Positions 18,515 through 27,970 of a stretch of 64,000 nucleotides of DNA are shown here, piece after piece (positions within the stretch are counted from its first letter, which is position 1; the number at the start of each line of letters is the position of its first letter). The stretch is from Parcubacteria group bacterium (GTDB lineage: Bacteria; Patescibacteriota; Minisyncoccia; Moranbacterales; UBA2206), in assembly GCA_041674205.1 (NCBI GenBank), contig JBAYWF010000001.1, forward strand, positions 149,003 through 213,002, read 5' to 3'. The translations under genes and the position numbers were made by a program. The notes below the pieces were generated by a model. That model saw nothing but the letters and a program-made list of their open reading frames with translations. It had not been told where the DNA came from and searched no databases.

Positions 18515-18588
18515 CCCGTCATCGCGATACCCGAAGATGTTTTTTAGCTGCATTTATGCTATGATGGAGCTACTAAATATCGGGAAAT

Positions 18589-20877
18589 ATGCCTAAACAT
18601 AAAAAAAACCAGCAACGGGGCGGAGCCGATCGGCAAGCCGCAAACGCATCGGGATCCTTGCGTTTTTTTCCCGGATCTCAGATTGAAAAAACGGTCAAAC
18701 TGCTGCTTTGGTTGCTTCCGTTCGTTCCCCTGGCCAGCTGGAAATATTTTTTCTTTCCGTATATTTCAATCAAACTTTTCATAGTCTATATCCTGAGCGA
18801 GGCGGTCTTCGGTTTGTATCTGATTTTGTGTTTTTCGGATAGGAGTTATCTGCCGGATTTCCATTGCAAAGATGGGCAGGGCGGAAAAAGTAAAAATTGG
18901 ATTTTGATCAGTCTGGCGTCCTATATGGCGGTTTTGGTCCTGACTACCTTTTTTTCCGTGGACATTTCCAAAAGCTTTTTCGGCAGTATCAGTTCTATGA
19001 ACGGACTGCTGACCGTGCTGCATTTTTTCCTGCTGTTCGTGGTTTTTTCCCGGGCATTCATCGATCGGAAATTCTGGATTATTTTCTTTCGCGCCAATAT
19101 GCTCGTCGGAATTTTTATCTCCGTTTGCGCGCTGTTCCAAAAGATGGGCGGTTCGGCATCGCCGATGGTGACCTTTGGAAATCCGGCCTATCTTTCCGGT
19201 TATCTTGTTTTGATCATCTTCCAGGCGATGGCTTTGTTCTGGTGGGATAACCGGAATAATTGGAAAATAGCGCATCTGATCGCCGGAATCATCAGTATGT
19301 CGGTGGTATTCTTAGCTGTCGATATCCGCGGTTCGCAACTAGGTGTCGCAACCGGCTTGCTCGCGGCGGTTTTGCTATACGGCTTGGCGAATGAAAAAGA
19401 AATAATCAGGAAGGTTTTCCGCTGGACATTCCTGGCCGGATTGGTGATGGCGGTGGCGATTTCCTTTTATGCGATAAGTTCAGGCAAGATTTATTCTTTT
19501 TTTGGGCGGTCATATACCGTTAAAACCCGTCTGGTAGCTTGGGAATCAGGACTGCGCGGATTCGGCGACAAATTTTTGACCGGCTACGGCTTGGAAAATT
19601 ATACGGTGCCGTTTGAAAAATATTTCCAGCCGACCTATTACAACCAAGGCAGGGGCAGTGCCACGGAATTCGGTGCGGATTCCCCGCATAATAAGGTTAT
19701 CGAGGTGGCGGTTTCTAATGGGATTTTCGGCGTAGCGGCTTATTTAGGGATATTCGCGGCTGTTTTCCATCTGATTTATGCGCGATATCTGGTTTCGCGC
19801 CGGAAAATTTTTCTGGGCCTGGCCGGACTTTTCAGCGCTTATTTCGTGCATCTGCTCTTTATTTTTGATACGGTGTCCGCTTCCTTGCTATTTTTCCCAT
19901 CCCTGGCCTTTTTGATTTTCGTATCGTGCGGGGACGGGATCGGTTCGGCGGGAAAAGAAAAACAGACCGGACTGTCTTTCGGCAAAATGGCTTCTGTCGC
20001 TGGAGCCGTCGCGATAATTTTCTGTGTCGCGGCTTTCTATTTCGTCTGGAAACCGGCCAAGGCGGTCCGGTATGCCAACATTGCCATAAACTCAGCCAAG
20101 GCTGGAAAATATGCTGAAGCTGCGGATGGATTGGACAGCCTGCGTCGGGAAAATGTCTATGCGGTGGAAGAAAGCGCTATTTTGGAAATCGGCAAAATAA
20201 CCCAGATCAATTTTTTCAACAAAACCGATTTCACCGGGGATGACAAAAAATATTTTGAAAAAATAATCGGACTGGCGGAATATAATCTGCGGCGCAATCC
20301 GGACAATCTGCATTATTACATCGAATTGGCTTCGTTGTATGACCGGGCCGGCCGCTATGACCAGAGCTATTACGGGAAAAATATCGAGCTTTTGGAAAAG
20401 GACCTGCAAAAAGGCACTAAAAGGGTGGAGGCCTATATGATGTTGGCCGATGCTTATGGCGCGACCGGCAACCGGGCCAGGGCGGAAGAATTGGGCCGGG
20501 CCGGAGTGGCGCTGGATCCGACCTACGGCTACGGCTATTTCTTGCTGGGCAATATTTATTTTTACAGGCTGGATGACGCGGGCAAGGCCGATGAGAATTT
20601 CGAAAAAGCTTTCGAATACGGATATAAAAACGTGAATTCTTTGAAATCCTACGCGGATGTGAACGTGAAGACCGGCAACCTGCCTAAAGCTATTTTCGCT
20701 TTTGAAGAACTCATCAAGCTCAATCCAAAAGATCCGCAACAGTATGCCAATCTGGCCATGCTCTATCTGAGCAACAAAGACTACCAAAAGGCGCGGGATA
20801 TGGCGGAGAAAACCAAGCGGAAATTTCCCGGCACCCAGGCCCAGATCGACGCATTCCTAAAAATAATTCCCAAATAA
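18589..20877 (+). CDS. O-antigen ligase/O-oligosaccharyltransferase-like protein with C-terminal TPRs
   Basis: Multi-TM; TFGNPAYLSGY, RGS, R...W, GYGLENY, PHN; TPR-like tail (ALDP, LNPKDP..YANLA). Confidence 0.85.
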   Translation: MPKHKKNQQRGGADRQAANASGSLRFFPGSQIEKTVKLLLWLLPFVPLASWKYFFFPYISIKLFIVYILSEAVFGLYLILCFSDRSYLPDFHCKDGQGGKSKNWILISLASYMAVLVLTTFFSVDISKSFFGSISSMNGLLTVLHFFLLFVVFSRAFIDRKFWIIFFRANMLVGIFISVCALFQKMGGSASPMVTFGNPAYLSGYLVLIIFQAMALFWWDNRNNWKIAHLIAGIISMSVVFLAVDIRGSQLGVATGLLAAVLLYGLANEKEIIRKVFRWTFLAGLVMAVAISFYAISSGKIYSFFGRSYTVKTRLVAWESGLRGFGDKFLTGYGLENYTVPFEKYFQPTYYNQGRGSATEFGADSPHNKVIEVAVSNGIFGVAAYLGIFAAVFHLIYARYLVSRRKIFLGLAGLFSAYFVHLLFIFDTVSASLLFFPSLAFLIFVSCGDGIGSAGKEKQTGLSFGKMASVAGAVAIIFCVAAFYFVWKPAKAVRYANIAINSAKAGKYAEAADGLDSLRRENVYAVEESAILEIGKITQINFFNKTDFTGDDKKYFEKIIGLAEYNLRRNPDNLHYYIELASLYDRAGRYDQSYYGKNIELLEKDLQKGTKRVEAYMMLADAYGATGNRARAEELGRAGVALDPTYGYGYFLLGNIYFYRLDDAGKADENFEKAFEYGYKNVNSLKSYADVNVKTGNLPKAIFAFEELIKLNPKDPQQYANLAMLYLSNKDYQKARDMAEKTKRKFPGTQAQIDAFLKIIPK

Positions 20878-22265
20878 TGTTTTATAACGATCGTTTGCTG
20901 ATGCGGAAAATAATCTTATTGGCAGGGGATGTTGCACTGTTTTTCTTCGCGCTTTTTTTAGCGCTTTCCATCAGGCAGCTGCGGCTGGTTCCGGCGGACT
21001 ATTATCAGATAAATCTGCAGGTTTTTTGGCCGATTTTCGCCATATCGGTCATCGTCTATTTCCTTTTTGATTTGTACAATATTAAAATGTTGCAGAAAAT
21101 TTACCGCTCGGTCTATTTTCTTTTTTTAGCGGTGGCAACCAATATTTTGCTAGCCGTTTCATTTTGGTATGCTTTCTATTCGGAAGCCGAAGTGACGCCG
21201 AAGACCGTGCTGTTGCTCTATGGGGTCTTGGTGTTTCTGTTGACGGTCGTCTGGCGCTTCCTCTATCACGACCTATTTTTCAATAACAGCAGATATCAAA
21301 AAAGGATCGTGATAGTCGGCGGGGAAGATCAAAGCGAAGAATTGCTGAAAATCGCCAATCCGCCGCAAGGCGCGGACTATAAAATCGTCGGCTATATCTC
21401 CCAAGCGGCCGGCCAAGACCAGGTGGCTTTCCAAAACATACCATGCCTGGGGAATTTCCATGATATCCAGAAAATCATCCGGGAGCATAAAGTGGGGGAA
21501 TTGATCGTGGCTTTCGACTATCGCCGCAACCGCGAATGTGTGAAAGAATTGTCCGACTCTTTGAATTTCGGAATTAAGATTTTTGAATGGCCGGTTTTTT
21601 TCGAACAGGTTTTTCAAAAAGTCCCCACCAATCAGATAGACCATTTTTGGTTCATCTATGGTTTGGGCGATGCGGATAGGAAGCTCTATGAAAGAATAAA
21701 GAGGTTGCTGGATATGCTGGTCGCGGCAGCCGGCCTGGTTTTTTTAGCGTGCGTTTTGCCTTTGATCGCGATTGCGGTAAAATCAACGTCGCCAGGCCCG
21801 ATTTTCTACCGGCAAAAAAGGATGGGATTCAACGGCCAGCTGTTCACTTTGATAAAATTCCGCACGATGGAAAATGGAGCCGAGAAAAATGGCGCGCAGT
21901 GGGCTTCCAAGAATGACGCCAGGGTGACGAAAATCGGCTGGTTCTTGCGCCGGACGCGCTTGGATGAAATCCCGCAGTTCGTGAACATCCTGAAAGGGGA
22001 GATGAGTTTGGTCGGACCGCGGCCGGAACGCCCTGAATTTTTAGAAACGTTGTCGGAAAAAATCCCGTTCTATTACAAAAGGAATATGGTCTTGCCGGGG
22101 CTGACCGGATTCGCCCAGATAATGTATCCCTATGCGGCGACCGTCGAAGACTCATTGGAAAAAGTCGGCTACGACCTCTACTACATCAAAAATCGCTCCT
22201 TTTTCCTGTATTTGAAAATAGTCTTGCTGACGGTGAGGACGGCGTTGTCTTTCAGCGGCCGGTAA
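20877..22265 (+). CDS. polyprenyl glycosylphosphotransferase (WcaJ/WbaP-like priming transferase)
   Basis: KRLLD, KFRTM, DARVT, LDEIPQ, MSLVGPRPE, PGLTGFAQ, DLYYI. Confidence 0.95.
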   Translation: MFYNDRLLMRKIILLAGDVALFFFALFLALSIRQLRLVPADYYQINLQVFWPIFAISVIVYFLFDLYNIKMLQKIYRSVYFLFLAVATNILLAVSFWYAFYSEAEVTPKTVLLLYGVLVFLLTVVWRFLYHDLFFNNSRYQKRIVIVGGEDQSEELLKIANPPQGADYKIVGYISQAAGQDQVAFQNIPCLGNFHDIQKIIREHKVGELIVAFDYRRNRECVKELSDSLNFGIKIFEWPVFFEQVFQKVPTNQIDHFWFIYGLGDADRKLYERIKRLLDMLVAAAGLVFLACVLPLIAIAVKSTSPGPIFYRQKRMGFNGQLFTLIKFRTMENGAEKNGAQWASKNDARVTKIGWFLRRTRLDEIPQFVNILKGEMSLVGPRPERPEFLETLSEKIPFYYKRNMVLPGLTGFAQIMYPYAATVEDSLEKVGYDLYYIKNRSFFLYLKIVLLTVRTALSFSGR

Positions 22266-22267
22266 TC

Positions 22268-23533
22268 CTATCTGAAAAATAATTCACCTAAAGAGATGTT
22301 TTGTTTTTGATTCAGTATCACCGAATATCTTAAATTAAAAAAGACGAAAAGCGATAAGGATAAGGCGATTCCGGTAAAAATAAATTTCCTCAAGACGGGG
22401 GATTTTATTTTTTCCTGGACGAACTTCACGCCATAAAAAGTGAAAAAAGCGGCGATGAGGTAGGTCAGCGGCCAGAGCAAAATAAGCGAACGAAAAGCGT
22501 AATAATTGACTGAAGAAAGCATTGTAAAGGTGAAGGCGGCTAAGAAGGCGGCTAATATCTTGTATTGCCCGTAGTATGCCAGCAGCAACATAAGCATCGG
22601 GAAAACGGCGACCGCCGACCAATGGGGGAATATGAATTTGAAATAATCCCTTTCAAGAAAAACTATTCCCGGAAAGATGCCTGGTCCGGCTACGTTCTCC
22701 CTTTGGTCTTGGAACGCATAACTCTCGCTTTTGATTATCTGGGCAGTCGATTCATTGGAAAGACGCGATGGTCCGTATGGATTATTTTTGTAATACATCG
22801 ATGGGATGATGTAGGCTAAAAATAACAAAAACAAGACGAACGCGGTTTTTTTGATGATTGTCCAGTCTATCTTTTTGGACAATAGGCTGTAAAAAAAACA
22901 AAAAGCGGCTAGGACAAAGGAGAAATATATCCCGATGGTATGCGAATAAACCATCGCGGGGACGGCTAATAGTGAAATTACTCCCCAATATTTGTTATCA
23001 TCGAGTATCAATGCGAACAGGAGCAGGAAAAGCAGCAATGCGAAGAAACTTGGAACGACCCAAAAAAAACCGTGATAAGTGCCGGCACCGTTAAACAGCG
23101 CCAGGAAAAATATCGATAGCGCCGTTAGATTTTTATTGTCGCTGAATTGTTTTACGAAATAAACCAAAACCGGTAGCAGTAGGATCGTTCCGATGTAAAA
23201 ATTCAGCTTGAATGCCTGGTAAGACGTTATATCGAGAATTTTTGCCAGCAAACCCAGCGGCAGCCTGTATGTCAGATGTTCCCAGAAAGCATATCTATCC
23301 GGCGTAAAGTTGCCTGTGCTGCAAAAAATTAAGCTGGGGCAATTTCTTACGGATTCGATGTGCCGTACATATGATGCGATGTCATCTGCCGATCCAGGGA
23401 CATTCAAGCCGTTGTTTAAAAAAATACCTATTAAAAAAAATTTCCAGGCGATGAAAAATATGACGGCCAGTATGATCCATTTGTTTCCATTGATAAACGA
23501 TCCCAGTTTCCCTTTTTCAAAATAAGTGTTCAT
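22268..23533 (-). CDS. polytopic membrane protein, probable GT-C glycosyltransferase
   Basis: Multi-TM with DD in first extracytoplasmic loop; adjacent to GT4 genes. Confidence 0.55.
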   Translation of the reverse strand: MNTYFEKGKLGSFINGNKWIILAVIFFIAWKFFLIGIFLNNGLNVPGSADDIASYVRHIESVRNCPSLIFCSTGNFTPDRYAFWEHLTYRLPLGLLAKILDITSYQAFKLNFYIGTILLLPVLVYFVKQFSDNKNLTALSIFFLALFNGAGTYHGFFWVVPSFFALLLFLLLFALILDDNKYWGVISLLAVPAMVYSHTIGIYFSFVLAAFCFFYSLLSKKIDWTIIKKTAFVLFLLFLAYIIPSMYYKNNPYGPSRLSNESTAQIIKSESYAFQDQRENVAGPGIFPGIVFLERDYFKFIFPHWSAVAVFPMLMLLLAYYGQYKILAAFLAAFTFTMLSSVNYYAFRSLILLWPLTYLIAAFFTFYGVKFVQEKIKSPVLRKFIFTGIALSLSLFVFFNLRYSVILNQKQNISLGELFFR

Positions 23534-24459
23534 AGTTTCTGTTTATTATAAATTTCGATGTATTGGGCGGTTATTCCGGTCCAAGAAAAATTTTGAGCAA
23601 GCTGGATGGCTTCCGCCCCGCCCCGCTCCCTTTCTTCCTTTGAGGCGATGAATTTTTTCAGGATTGCCTGGTAATCCGCATCGGTGCGGGCGATGTATCC
23701 CTCCGTCCGTCCGGTCAATATCTCTTCGATCGATCCGACGACATTGCTCACGACCGGCAAGCCGGAAGCCATCGCCTCAAGCACGGCCAGCGGTTGGTTA
23801 TCAAGCATCGAATAATAAGCGAATATGTCGATCCGGTTGAAAAGATCTTCTTTTTCGCAATAGCCTAAAAATTCAGTGTCGGCATGGATTTCCAAGATAG
23901 TTTTTTTATAGGCTTCAAAAAAAACCCCGTTGCCTCCGATGACGAGCGTCGCTTCGGGAAAAACGGCCTCGACTATCCGGGCGAGCCGTACGGTTCCGTC
24001 AGCTTTTTTTGGGAAATTGAAATTGGTCAGGATCCCTAGTTTGGGATTTTTCGGATCAAGGTCGTGGATCGCTTTGGGCGTTTCAGGAATATCTACGCCG
24101 TTGGGAATGACGATAGCTTTTTTAATGCCTAAGGTTTTTTTGAGGAAATTTGAAGGCGTGGTGACAAAATCGGCTTGCTTGATGATCAATGGAAAGAAAA
24201 ATCGGCCCAAATGTTTTTCGGCCTTGAAATTGCCATGGATAGTCAGGATATATTTTTTGCAAAGCAAGTTCGGCACCGGCACGCAAGAATGGACGATGTC
24301 GTAACGTCGGAACATCTGTTTGAAGTAGGCTTTCCTGCCCCAAATCACCGTGACGGCATAGCCGTTTTTTTGCAAATGCTTGGCTAAATTTTGCGCCCAA
24401 ACAAATGGTCCGCCTTGGGAGAATGTCACGATGAGGACGGTTTTTTTTGGGGATGGCAT
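23530..24459 (-). CDS. GT4 glycosyltransferase
   Basis: VIPNGVD, DNQPLAVLEAMASGLPVV. Confidence 0.9.
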   Translation of the reverse strand: MPSPKKTVLIVTFSQGGPFVWAQNLAKHLQKNGYAVTVIWGRKAYFKQMFRRYDIVHSCVPVPNLLCKKYILTIHGNFKAEKHLGRFFFPLIIKQADFVTTPSNFLKKTLGIKKAIVIPNGVDIPETPKAIHDLDPKNPKLGILTNFNFPKKADGTVRLARIVEAVFPEATLVIGGNGVFFEAYKKTILEIHADTEFLGYCEKEDLFNRIDIFAYYSMLDNQPLAVLEAMASGLPVVSNVVGSIEEILTGRTEGYIARTDADYQAILKKFIASKEERERGGAEAIQLAQNFSWTGITAQYIEIYNKQKL

Positions 24460-24569
24460 AAAAAGCTCGGTTACTTCATAATTACTTACTATTATACACT
24501 TTTTCGCTTTTTTCCGCCTCTGTTTCGTGATATATTTAGGATAGCTTATGGAAAATCGGCTTAAATCCT

Positions 24570-25691
24570 ATGAAAAAGGCAAAAATCCTCTATATCATCA
24601 CCCAATCCAGCTGGGGCGGGGCTCAGAAGTATGTTTTTGACTTGGCGAACGGCCTCAGGGGCGAATTTGAGGTGGCAGCGGCCTTCGGCGGCGAGGGAAG
24701 GCTGGCGGAGCGGTTGCGGTTGGCGGGTATCAGGACATATGGATTGAAAAACTTGGTGCGTGAGATATCTCCTTGGCGGGACTTTTTGGGATTGTGGGAG
24801 ATTTACCGCTTAATCAAAAAAGAACGGCCGGACATCGTGCACACCAATTCTTCCAAGGCGGAAATCTTGGGCAACATCGCGGCCTGGTTGGCCGGAGTCG
24901 AAAAAATCGTTTTCACGGCGCACGGTTTCGTTTTTAACGAGGATCTCGGTTTTTGGAAAAAGACCTTTTTTATTTTCTGGGAAAAGTTGGCCGGACTTTT
25001 CGCGGACAGGATAATTTGCGTGTCGGATTTCGATCGTGAATCAGCTTTGGAAAATAAAATAGCCTCGGCTGGAAAATTGCGTGTCATCCGCAACGGCATT
25101 GGGATCCCAGCGGAAAATCCAGCGCGTGTTGGAAGGGAAGATGGCAAAATCATCATCGGCACCATTGCCAATTTCTATCGCAACAAAGGCTTGGAATTTT
25201 TGGTCCAAGCGGCGGCGGAATTGAATGGAAAAATTCCCAATCTGGAATTTTGGGTGGCAGGCGATGGGGGTGAAAGGCGGAATATTGAAAAGGCCATAGA
25301 AAAACAACGATTGCCAAACTTCCAGTTGCTGGGTTTTCAAGAAAAACAATATGATTTTTTGCGGCAGTTGGACGTTTTTGTTTTGCCGTCGCTCAAGGAA
25401 GGTTTGCCATATGCGCTTCTGGAAGCGCTGTCGCTGGGCGTGCCGGCGGTAGCCAGCAAAGTCGGCGGGATTCCGGAGATAATAACTGATGGAGAAAACG
25501 GCTTTTTGGTGGAACCGAAAAATTCCAAGATGCTGGCGGAAAAAATCGGCCTTTTGCTCGGTAATGAAAGGCTGAAGACGGAATTTTCCCGGTTAGGACA
25601 GGAAAAAATCCGCACGGAATTCTCATTGGAGCGGATGTTGGAAAGGACCAAAAGGGTGTATAGAGAGTGTCGTGAAGAAGGCCAGTCGTGA
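24570..25691 (+). CDS. GT4 glycosyltransferase
   Basis: GGAQKY, HTNSSKA, TAHG, EGLPYALLEA, GGIPEII. Confidence 0.93.
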   Translation: MKKAKILYIITQSSWGGAQKYVFDLANGLRGEFEVAAAFGGEGRLAERLRLAGIRTYGLKNLVREISPWRDFLGLWEIYRLIKKERPDIVHTNSSKAEILGNIAAWLAGVEKIVFTAHGFVFNEDLGFWKKTFFIFWEKLAGLFADRIICVSDFDRESALENKIASAGKLRVIRNGIGIPAENPARVGREDGKIIIGTIANFYRNKGLEFLVQAAAELNGKIPNLEFWVAGDGGERRNIEKAIEKQRLPNFQLLGFQEKQYDFLRQLDVFVLPSLKEGLPYALLEALSLGVPAVASKVGGIPEIITDGENGFLVEPKNSKMLAEKIGLLLGNERLKTEFSRLGQEKIRTEFSLERMLERTKRVYRECREEGQS

Positions 25692-25807
25692 TTTTGCGAA
25701 TGAACGGGCGTTTGTCCTCCTGGCTTTTTAGTGGTTAAATGGGAGAATAGGTTGTTTTACAAAATAGGCATAGCGAGATTCAAATTCAAAAAAACGGAGG
25801 TCGCGGG

Positions 25808-26080
25808 ATGTTTAACTTCAATATCGAAGTACATGGTCACTCGAAGGGCATCGGGGACCAAATCAGGGATGAGATTCTCGATCTTTTCTCGGGTTGGCAG
25901 CTTGATGAGTTGGCGGTCACTTTCTATGACAATGAAAGCAACCGCCAAAGATTGATCACCACCCCTTTTCTCAGGGTGTATTATGACAACGGGGATAAAT
26001 TACAAGAAGTCATCGATAAGCTCGGAAAGTTCAAATACAGGATCGAGCTTATCCGGGTTGGATTCATTCTCCCTGCCTGA
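25808..26080 (+). CDS. hypothetical protein (90 aa)
   Basis: SD GGAGGT upstream; terminator-like hairpin downstream. Confidence 0.6.
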   Translation: MFNFNIEVHGHSKGIGDQIRDEILDLFSGWQLDELAVTFYDNESNRQRLITTPFLRVYYDNGDKLQEVIDKLGKFKYRIELIRVGFILPA

Positions 26081-26192
26081 ATAATGCAAACCGGGAGCAT
26101 CTGTCGCAAGCGCGCGGCGGAGGCTCCTTTTTATTTTTTTAGTTTTTTCCCGGACTGGGATGATCAAGCCGGCATCGGCCTGGCGGATGTCC

Positions 26193-26645
26193 CTAGGCCT
26201 GATAACGCTTCATTTCCTCAATGAGCATTTCGATATGCTGTTCGGTTTCGTCGTTCAATTTTTGAAGCAAGGCCCGCATGGTCGTATTCGCGGGCGTGAA
26301 TATGTCGAAGCATTTTTTTTCCAGCATAGAACGCTCGACGCGCAAGGCGGTATGCAAGGCGTCGTGGTGTGACAGCGTTTCTTTTTCCGCTCGGCGGGTT
26401 TCTTCCAGCACGAAATCCATCACATATCGGATGACGCCGCGGGAAAATTTGTTTTCGATGATGGATTGCGCCGAATCGATATCTGAGCCGTCATTGCTCA
26501 GGGAAGCGGCGTGTGAAATTTCTTCGCGGGAAAGCCGGTCCCAAAAAGCTTTTTTGCGGGGGATTTTTCGCGCATAAATCGAATAAAGCGAAGAAATATT
26601 GAGTTCGTTTTCTTCGAGCAATAGGAGGATAGGTTTATTATCCAT
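26193..26645 (-). CDS. ferritin/rubrerythrin-like diiron protein
   Basis: E..Y, EEISH, E, ETEQH: paired ExxH carboxylate motifs. Confidence 0.75.
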   Translation of the reverse strand: MDNKPILLLLEENELNISSLYSIYARKIPRKKAFWDRLSREEISHAASLSNDGSDIDSAQSIIENKFSRGVIRYVMDFVLEETRRAEKETLSHHDALHTALRVERSMLEKKCFDIFTPANTTMRALLQKLNDETEQHIEMLIEEMKRYQA

Positions 26646-26810
26646 AGTCGGATGCCGTTAAATTGTTTAATCGTGGCGATGTTATTTTAGCGGATTTTTT
26701 AGGGATTGGCAACGTTCCGGATCGCCGGTTTATTCCGGTTTTCGATGTCGCGCCGGTTTTGCTATAATAGAAGGGATATAGCGGCTATTAATTTTTAAAT
26801 CTATAAATTT

Positions 26811-27278
26811 ATGTTGGACATCAAACCTTATCGCCAAAAGCCTGGATTTTGCGGTCCGTCTGCCTTGAAGATGGTGTTGGGTTTCTATGGTGTGGAGAAA
26901 AGCGAGGATGAATTGGGCTGTCTTACCAAGTGCGATCCGGACAAAGGCATTACCGGGTCAGCCATTGTCAAAGCGGCCGGGGAATTGGGTTTTGCCGGGT
27001 TTGTGAAAGATTCTGCCGAGCTGGAGGATATCCAGAAATTTTTAGACCAAAAGATACCTGTCATCGTGGAGTGGTTTTCGGAGGATGACGGGCACTATTC
27101 GGTGGTGGTGGAGATGGATAAGGAAAATATTTATTTGCAAGATCCGGAATTGGCCGGATTGCGGAAATTTGATTTGGAAACTTTCAGGAGGGTCTGGTTC
27201 ACCTTCGGCGGTGAATTTATGCGGACTAAAGACGACCTGATCTTGCGCCGGATGGTCGTAATTGAAAAGAAAGGTTAA
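26811..27278 (+). CDS. stand-alone C39 cysteine peptidase
   Basis: YRQ..FCGPSAL, GHYSVV, LQDP catalytic pattern. Confidence 0.85.
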   Translation: MLDIKPYRQKPGFCGPSALKMVLGFYGVEKSEDELGCLTKCDPDKGITGSAIVKAAGELGFAGFVKDSAELEDIQKFLDQKIPVIVEWFSEDDGHYSVVVEMDKENIYLQDPELAGLRKFDLETFRRVWFTFGGEFMRTKDDLILRRMVVIEKKG

Positions 27279-27536
27279 AATCCGTTGTTTTTGGGATAGC
27301 GTCCGAAGTTGTCGTTCCTGTGAGCGGCTTTTTCGTATTGGTTGGCGCATCCCTTCCGGGTCGATCGGATAGATCCGTGGTATTTTACCGCGACAGGCGA
27401 AAAATCGGCAAAATTCTTCGGTTTATTTCCATTATCTTTAAATTATGGGATAATTGTTTATGCTGTTTGTAATATGTTAAAACGGAACGGATCGAATGTT
27501 GTTTAAAAATCAACCAAGTTGAAGGTAGGAGGCAGT

Positions 27537-27914
27537 ATGGTGTTTATGGAGATTGTCTATCGGAAACCGCAAAGCGGGAAGAAAAGATCGGGAAAAAAAC
27601 GTGGTCCGGTAACGAAGTGGGGAGTTAATCCTTGCCTCCTGTGCCAGATAAAACTGACGCAGGAGGAGGAGCGTACAAGGATAACGGCGCATCCTTATTG
27701 CGCCCTCCTGAGATGTAAGGAAGTTTTTGAAGCGCATGGGATGAGGATCCCGTCGCAGAGAAACGCGGACGCTTTCCTGAAATATGTTCTTTTTCAAATC
27801 GATATTTCGGAAGAAACCGAAGAGATATTGGAGGCGGCCTTTTTCTTCTTGAGCGCTGCGCGTCCGTTTTTCGCCTTCAACCGTCTTCGCCGAGAAGCGG
27901 AGGCGTTCGGATAG
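27537..27914 (+). CDS. hypothetical protein, basic N-terminus, Cys/His cluster
   Basis: SD AGGAGG before ATG 27537; CLLC...HPYC..C possible metal site. Confidence 0.55.
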   Translation: MVFMEIVYRKPQSGKKRSGKKRGPVTKWGVNPCLLCQIKLTQEEERTRITAHPYCALLRCKEVFEAHGMRIPSQRNADAFLKYVLFQIDISEETEEILEAAFFFLSAARPFFAFNRLRREAEAFG

Positions 27915-27928
27915 GGTTATATCCGCGC

Positions 27929-27970
27929 CGAGTCTGTCCATTCAACCGCAATGGACAGGCTCGCTTTTTT
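27929..27970. terminator. terminator between convergent genes
   Basis: CGAGTCTGTCCATT/AATGGACAGGCTCG stem plus TTTTT. Confidence 0.7.
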
